Source of the DNA: Salisapilia sapeloensis CBS 127946
Lineage: Eukaryota; Protista; Oomycota
Assembly (NCBI GenBank): GCA_023334545.1
Contig: JAADVB010000073.1
Coordinates: forward strand, 1-64,000
DNA length: 64,000 nucleotides
Reading direction: 5' to 3'
Part shown: one piece after another, positions 58,602-64,000 of the stretch
How positions within the stretch are numbered: position 1 is the stretch's first letter
Layout: the number at the start of each line of letters is the position of its first letter
Position numbers and translations under genes: made by a program
Notes under the pieces: generated by a model
What the model saw: only the letters and a program-made list of their open reading frames with translations
Database searches by the model: none
What the model was told of the DNA's origin: nothing

Positions 58602-59803
58602 ATGTCTTCAAATGAGGTGAAGATGCCGCCAGAGTGGATGCATGAGGTACGTTTGATGCATAGCTTTTCGTCTTCCAGAATACCAAGATGTACCTTGACT
58701 AGCCACTGCATGTGACTCGATCGGAACTGTTGGAAGAGAGAAATAAGATGAGGCTCAAGCTTGCGCTTGATGCTCAGCACGAGTCCGAGTACTCGAAGCG
58801 GAACTTTCGAAGGTCGGAGCATATTTTCCGGGATTCTTATCGCAAGAGCGGTGTCTTCGACCGGACACGCGTAGTGGACGATTCAACGTACCAGTCTTCA
58901 GGGTTGCCTACGCGATCGGAGTTGTTTGAAAAGAGGAAGAGAGACAAGAACAGAGAGAGCCTCAAGTTTGAACCGCCAGAGATCATGCGTCTTCGTGACC
59001 TTCCCAAGATGGATCGACTGGCAAACTGGTGGAAATCGCAGGAAGAATACGTCGAAGATCCATCCTGCATGCTGAAAACATCGATTCGACTACAGCTAGC
59101 TGCACGAAACGACACTATCGGACCATTGGATCCAGGCAAGATTCGTTCCACACTATCGGTAAGCTCTTATGGACATTTGGATGAAATACACGAATTTACT
59201 GGTAGAATGTAGGCGGAGCAACAGCGTCAGTGGGAAGAGAAGCGAGTGCAATTGGCTTTGAAGCCTACCCAGATGGAGCCAAACCTAGATGGACACGAGC
59301 TCATCGCACTTAACAGATCTCCTGACCTATTTCCTCAGCCACGAAAGGTATACTTGTATAGTAATAGGACAAGTAGATGTGCAATTGACATTTTGCATGT
59401 ACTATTCAGGCCAAGGCAGGTGAAAGCGGTATGCGGTTTTCCAGTTTACCGCCAACTTCGACGTTTATGTGCCTCGTGTCGCCGATTAAGGTATCAAGCA
59501 GCAAGGTACCCATTCTTGTTTCTTTTTTACGGTTCCATTGCTCATACACAGTGAATGCAGAGAAAAGAGCGTCAGACGTTGGCTGTCCAGAACATCTTCC
59601 ATGACGGCGTGACGGACCGTGAAAAGCTTGAGCAGTTGAAAAAAGTGTCGCCTACGATGCTATCACCTGTATCTCCGATTGTCACGAAAGACTCTGCGAG
59701 GTCGAACGCCACATCTTTCAGACTGCCAAGTGCTCGAAGTGGCATTCGCTGCAGTGGATTTACAAAACCTCACGTACGTCGTCAAGTACAAATTGAAAAG
59801 TGA
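58602..59803 (+). CDS. Hypothetical basic protein, multi-exon, with a twice-repeated TRSELxExR motif
   Basis: ATG 58602, consensus introns (GTACGT, GTAAGC, GTATAC) linking ORFs 58712-59212, 59246-59350 and 59555-59803. Confidence 0.55.
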
Positions 59804-59842
59804 TGAGTGTTATGGATGTTGTAGTCAAAAGGATAGATGGCT

Positions 59843-60499
59843 TTATTCGTCGTTTGCATGGTCGTTCTGCCATTGCTGTATCCACTGAATAATGCGTTCG
59901 GCATTTGCTTCCATGTCTTCCACGGATACACTTTTCAGCTCATGCACAATCTCTTGAGCGTAGCTGTCTTGGGCTTCCTGTAGGACAATCTGCATGATTT
60001 CACACTCGACATTCTCACTGATTTTCTTCTCAGAGTACCCACGACGGGTGAGACGATCAAAGATAGTCGTATTATCCGTAGTGAGAACGATCACAAGGTC
60101 AAACCATCGCTCAGGGAAGAACTCGCACGAGTGGAAGTCTACAATCTTCCCACCTGCTGTCATGGCATCTTCCAGCTCGTCCACTACCTTGTCTTCGTCC
60201 AGCATGAGCGTATCAAATTCATCATTACGACCTTCATGCAGTCCCTTGTCTTTCACCTACATTGCAGGTTAAGCTTGAACAGGAATTAGGTCCATACATA
60301 AGCCTGACGTACAATTTCGCTGACATTCAAATGCTGCAAGGAAGTGCGTTCCTACAAGACAAGTGTCGCACCAAAGTTGGAGTTAGTAGGCTCGTTCGAA
60401 AGCTACGTTCATTTGCAATTATCGTACACCCAAGGTTTGGCATAAAGTCGTTTTGCCTGTCCCGGGCGTGCCCGTGACTAGGATGTTCGGTAGCTTCAT
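59843..60499 (-). CDS. AK6: Adenylate kinase isoenzyme 6 (Fap7/hCINAP)
   Basis: MKLPNILVTGTPGTGKTT; VDFHSCEFFPERWFDLVIVL; RGYSEKKISENVECEI. Confidence 0.93.
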
Positions 60500-60877
60500 G
60501 TTTCGATGCTAGTTTCGAGTCCAGCAAATCGGTGCGTATGACGATTGACGGAAATCCGTTTTGACAACGGAGGATTGGTTTAAAATATGAATGGATACAC
60601 TCTCGCCGCCTGATAATACCATGACAACCCTCACTTATTGGTTCTCCCCTAAGCAGCAACGATGGACGGAAGCCGTAGCGCCCAGATTCCGGCTCGTCCG
60701 CGTGACCAACTGCCTTCGTACAGTCCGATTGCACCTCGAATGCGCAGAACGAGAAGCTTGAACAGCGAGACCTCAGATGTGGCGCCTGCTTGGCCAGCCA
60801 CCTTTGAGCAGGGCGTCGACTTACGGTAATTTCTTTTTTATTAGAAGGCTCGTTCTCTTTAATTATAGAGACACAAG

Positions 60878-62374
60878 ATGCCGTCTTCTCATGTCATGTC
60901 GCCCATGCTCATCGTCGATGTGTTTCCTGATAGCATGGCCTCTCCAGCGGCGATGCAGAGACGATCGGTCACGTCGCCGTTCTCCGAGAAGTCTCCGTTG
61001 ATGCATCCGCAGACTCCATTACAAGCTGCTCCAGAGACCATTGAAGAAGGAGATGGAGCGGCCGTCGGACAAAGTTCTTTCAGAGCGGCAGTCTTTAACT
61101 CGATTAACGTACTACTGGGTGTCGGCGTCCTGTCCAGTCCGTTTTCATTGCGTTCCGGAGGGTTAATCGTCGGCTCTGCTCTCTTCGTCTTCTTCACCTT
61201 CATCACGAAGCACACGGCTCTGCTCCTAGGTCGATGTCTCGAGTACCAGGAAGGCATGCAGGTATTTTTATATTGTCTTTTATAGCGCTTATAGGGTGAT
61301 TCATCGGTGGATGTAGACGTATCCGGACATTGGAGAGGCTGCATACGGCACCAGAGGTCGTGTGATCATCAGCATCACGTTCTTCATCGAGCTATTCACC
61401 GTCGTCGCTTGCTTCTACGTCCTGAGTACGCTATCCATATATCTAATGACCAATCATAATCTAACGTCCATATAGTTGGCGACACATTGGCTGCATTAAT
61501 TCCATACTACTCTGCTAGAGAATTGGCATTCATGGCATTCCTCGTGACCATGCCGACGCTATGGACGACACACTTGAACCTCCTGTCCTACTTTAGCATC
61601 ATCGGCATCATCTCTTCCTTCTTCTGTCTCTACACTGTCTTTTACGTCGGCTTTGCGATCGATACGGAAGCTGTCGACTACACGGAAGGCAGCCTCCTCG
61701 ACCCTCAGCCAATGCAACTCATCGCCGAGCCGGAGCGGATCCCTTTGTCCATCGGCCTCACTATGGTTGCGTTCGGCGGACACTCTGTCTTCCCTAGCAT
61801 CTGTAGCTCCATGCAGGACCGCAGTCTGTACCCCAAGGCCGTGTCTCGAGCCTACATTGTCGTCATTGCCGTCTACGGTGCGATCGAGCTCGGTGGCTAC
61901 CTCATGTTTGGCGTCGACACGCAGAAGGAGATCACACTTAACCTCGTAGAGGTGTACCCTGGGAAACTAACCGAGCTCTTCGTCTGGACCATCGCTTTGA
62001 ATCCAATGAGCAAAGTGGCTCTGACCATCCACCCAGTCGCACTCGCCGTCGAAGAGTTGGTGCTGCCGGCGAAAGACATTCTTGACTTTTCCAGCAGACG
62101 CGTTTCATTCTACCGCGCCTTGATCCGTACGGCAATCGCCGGAGGAGCTCTCATGTGTGCCTTGTACATCCCAAACTTTGCCCGTTTGACGTCCTTCCTC
62201 GGCTCGCTATTCGCCATGATGGTCAGCGTTTTCTTCCCATGTGTCTTCTACATCAAGCTCTTCCGACCAGAACTGTCAAAGTTCCAAGTGTGTGCCAACT
62301 ACACGCTCGCAGCTATAGCACTTGTGTTTGCGACCATCGGAACCTTATCCTCCTTCATCTCTCCTGCAGAATGA
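60878..62374 (+). CDS. Amino acid/auxin permease (AAAP, vacuolar AVT1-like) transporter, multi-exon
   Basis: AVFNSINVLLGVGVLSSPF, YPDIGEAAYG, AFGGHSVFPSI, GYLMFG, NPMSKVAL; many TM helices. Confidence 0.9.
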
Positions 62375-62420
62375 GCATATAGATCCAACGTTTGCTTTAA
62401 AATGAACACGAATCTCTTTT

Positions 62421-64000
62421 CTACTTGTTGGCTTCGTCCAGAAGGAACTCGGTCCAGACGTCTGCAAAGCTCTTGCCGTCAATACTCACTTGCTTCGTCT
62501 CCTCTTCACTTGAGGACAAGCCGAGAAGCGATGAAAAGAGACCGCCGCCTCCGTTTCCTGGAGGAGCGTACCCTCCCATCCCCACCCTTCGCTTCTGGTC
62601 TTCTGAAAAGTCCATCATTCGAGCGATGAGGTCCAAGATCTCCTCCTTCTTCTCACTTTCAAAGTACGACACGACGAGCTGGGCGGCCAGTCGCTTGTCC
62701 AGTGCATCCGACTCGGACGCGTAGCGACTTACGGTGTCTTCTAACGCTGTCCGCAGCTGATCGCACTCTTTCACCTTGTCAGTAAGCTGTCGAGTCAGAT
62801 TCGTCACGTCACTCTTGTCCTCGACCTTGGTCTCTTCCTCCTTTCTCGCGACTTCATCCTCCAGCTCCATGACTCTGGCACTCTGCTGCTTTTGCTCTTG
62901 TCGAAGCTCATACAGGACACTTTCGAGCGTCTGCACTTCAGTCCGGAACCGACCAGCATCTTCCTCTGCGACACGCTGGTCGGCTCGAGCACTAGAAAGG
63001 GATGACTCAAGCTCATAAATACGCTGTCGATCTGCGGACTCTGCATGCTCCTCGGCACTACTCCTTAGCTCTGCCATCTCTCCTTCATGTCGTACCTTCA
63101 AGTCTTCCATCTCGGATAAGAGCGAGATGTATGCTTGTTCGTACTCACCTGCTCTCGTACGTATCTCTGTATCATTCGAATACTCTTCTTCCAAAGATTC
63201 CTTCTGACTCGTGACTCGAGCTAATTCCTCTTCTAACTGCGTGGTTTTGGATTGGAAGTCTTCGTTTTCTGTTTCCATAGTCTGTAGCTGATTCGTACAA
63301 TCATCAAGCTCCTGTGATAGATGCTCGACACTGCGTTGTAATTGTGCGTTGGTGGCTTGTAGATGCTGGATCTCATCTGCTTTCTCCTGTAGAACTTGCT
63401 GCCACTCGACTTCTTTCGACGCAGTCTCCTGTTGGATGGACTGACTCGTACGTTGATGTGTTGCCTGTGAACTCTTGGCCTGTGCCTGCAGTCGTAGGAT
63501 GGTTCTCAACTGACTCTCTTCCGTTTCCTCTAGACGCTGGATCTTGTCTTGAGCTTCCGAAAGCTCTACTGATACGTCTTTTGTTCGAGACATAGTACTG
63601 CTTATTTCTGCTAGTTCCAGGTCTAACGTATCACTCGACACTTCCTCGGGAGAAGTAAACGGAAGGTCGCTGTGCTCCTGTAAGAAAGTGAGGACGGATG
63701 ATTGGAGCTGATGAAGCTCCTTCTGCTTCCTCTGAAGGTCCAGCGTACACTGTCGTGATGCTTCCAGCATCTTTACAATACCATTTGAGCTTCATGTCTA
63801 AAGGGTACGGCATAAGGATGACATACCTGGTTTGCAAGTTCCTGCGCCGTGTCTGGTATGGCGAAGTCAGAGGAGCGAGACTTTGAGAGCATTCGCAAAG
63901 CTTCGGCTAGTGTCGGGAAGCAGGACGATGATGTACGTTCACTCGGAAGTTCATTTGGAGATCCTTGCTGATAGTGCTCAAGCTGAGACTCTGCAGCATG
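62421..64000 (-). CDS. Golgin with C-terminal GRAB domain (Rud3/GMAP-210-like), 5' end outside the window
   Basis: Long coiled coil, then DKRLAAQLVVSYF...EILDLIARMMDFSEDQKRRVG...GLFSSLLG...SFADVWTEFLL. Confidence 0.8.

Noticed and set aside
1-64000. Prokaryotic origin or contamination of the window, given Glk, MHYT, SlyD-like, LepA and LeuCD-like genes
   Set aside because: Spliceosomal introns within several of these genes, and interspersion with eukaryote-only genes (adaptin, DCC1, ECD, MYB), show a native eukaryotic chromosome.

Overview
Gene-dense eukaryotic DNA with an oomycete-like signature: short GT-AG introns (about 45-80 nt), an INR/FPR promoter motif, oomycete-typical families and flagellar genes. 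I can support about 28 protein-coding genes, mostly housekeeping (AP-1/2 beta adaptin, DCC1, C2CD5, ECD, GUF1, HDHD5, AK6, Nudix, SDR, amino-acid transporter, GRAB golgin). The left 29 kb holds two interleaved copies each of a tandem hotdog acyl-CoA thioesterase, a Glk-type glucokinase and a 3R-MYB. It also holds a stand-alone MHYT sensor and a MYCBPAP-like gene abutting a catalytically degenerate phosphoglycerate kinase. A gene-poor island at 19.3-25.1 kb carries four tRNA-Phe(GAA) genes (two inside a 155-bp inverted repeat) and a decayed START-like/FYVE pseudogene. The right half includes a putative mitochondrial SlyD-type+FKBP12 fusion, a fused LeuC/LeuD-like (HacAB-type) hydro-lyase, an unexplained intronless wHTH plus CorA-like membrane protein and a 193-bp tandem repeat. 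All family calls are from manual motif recognition with no database search. Splice models were read by eye and coordinates of spliced genes are approximate.
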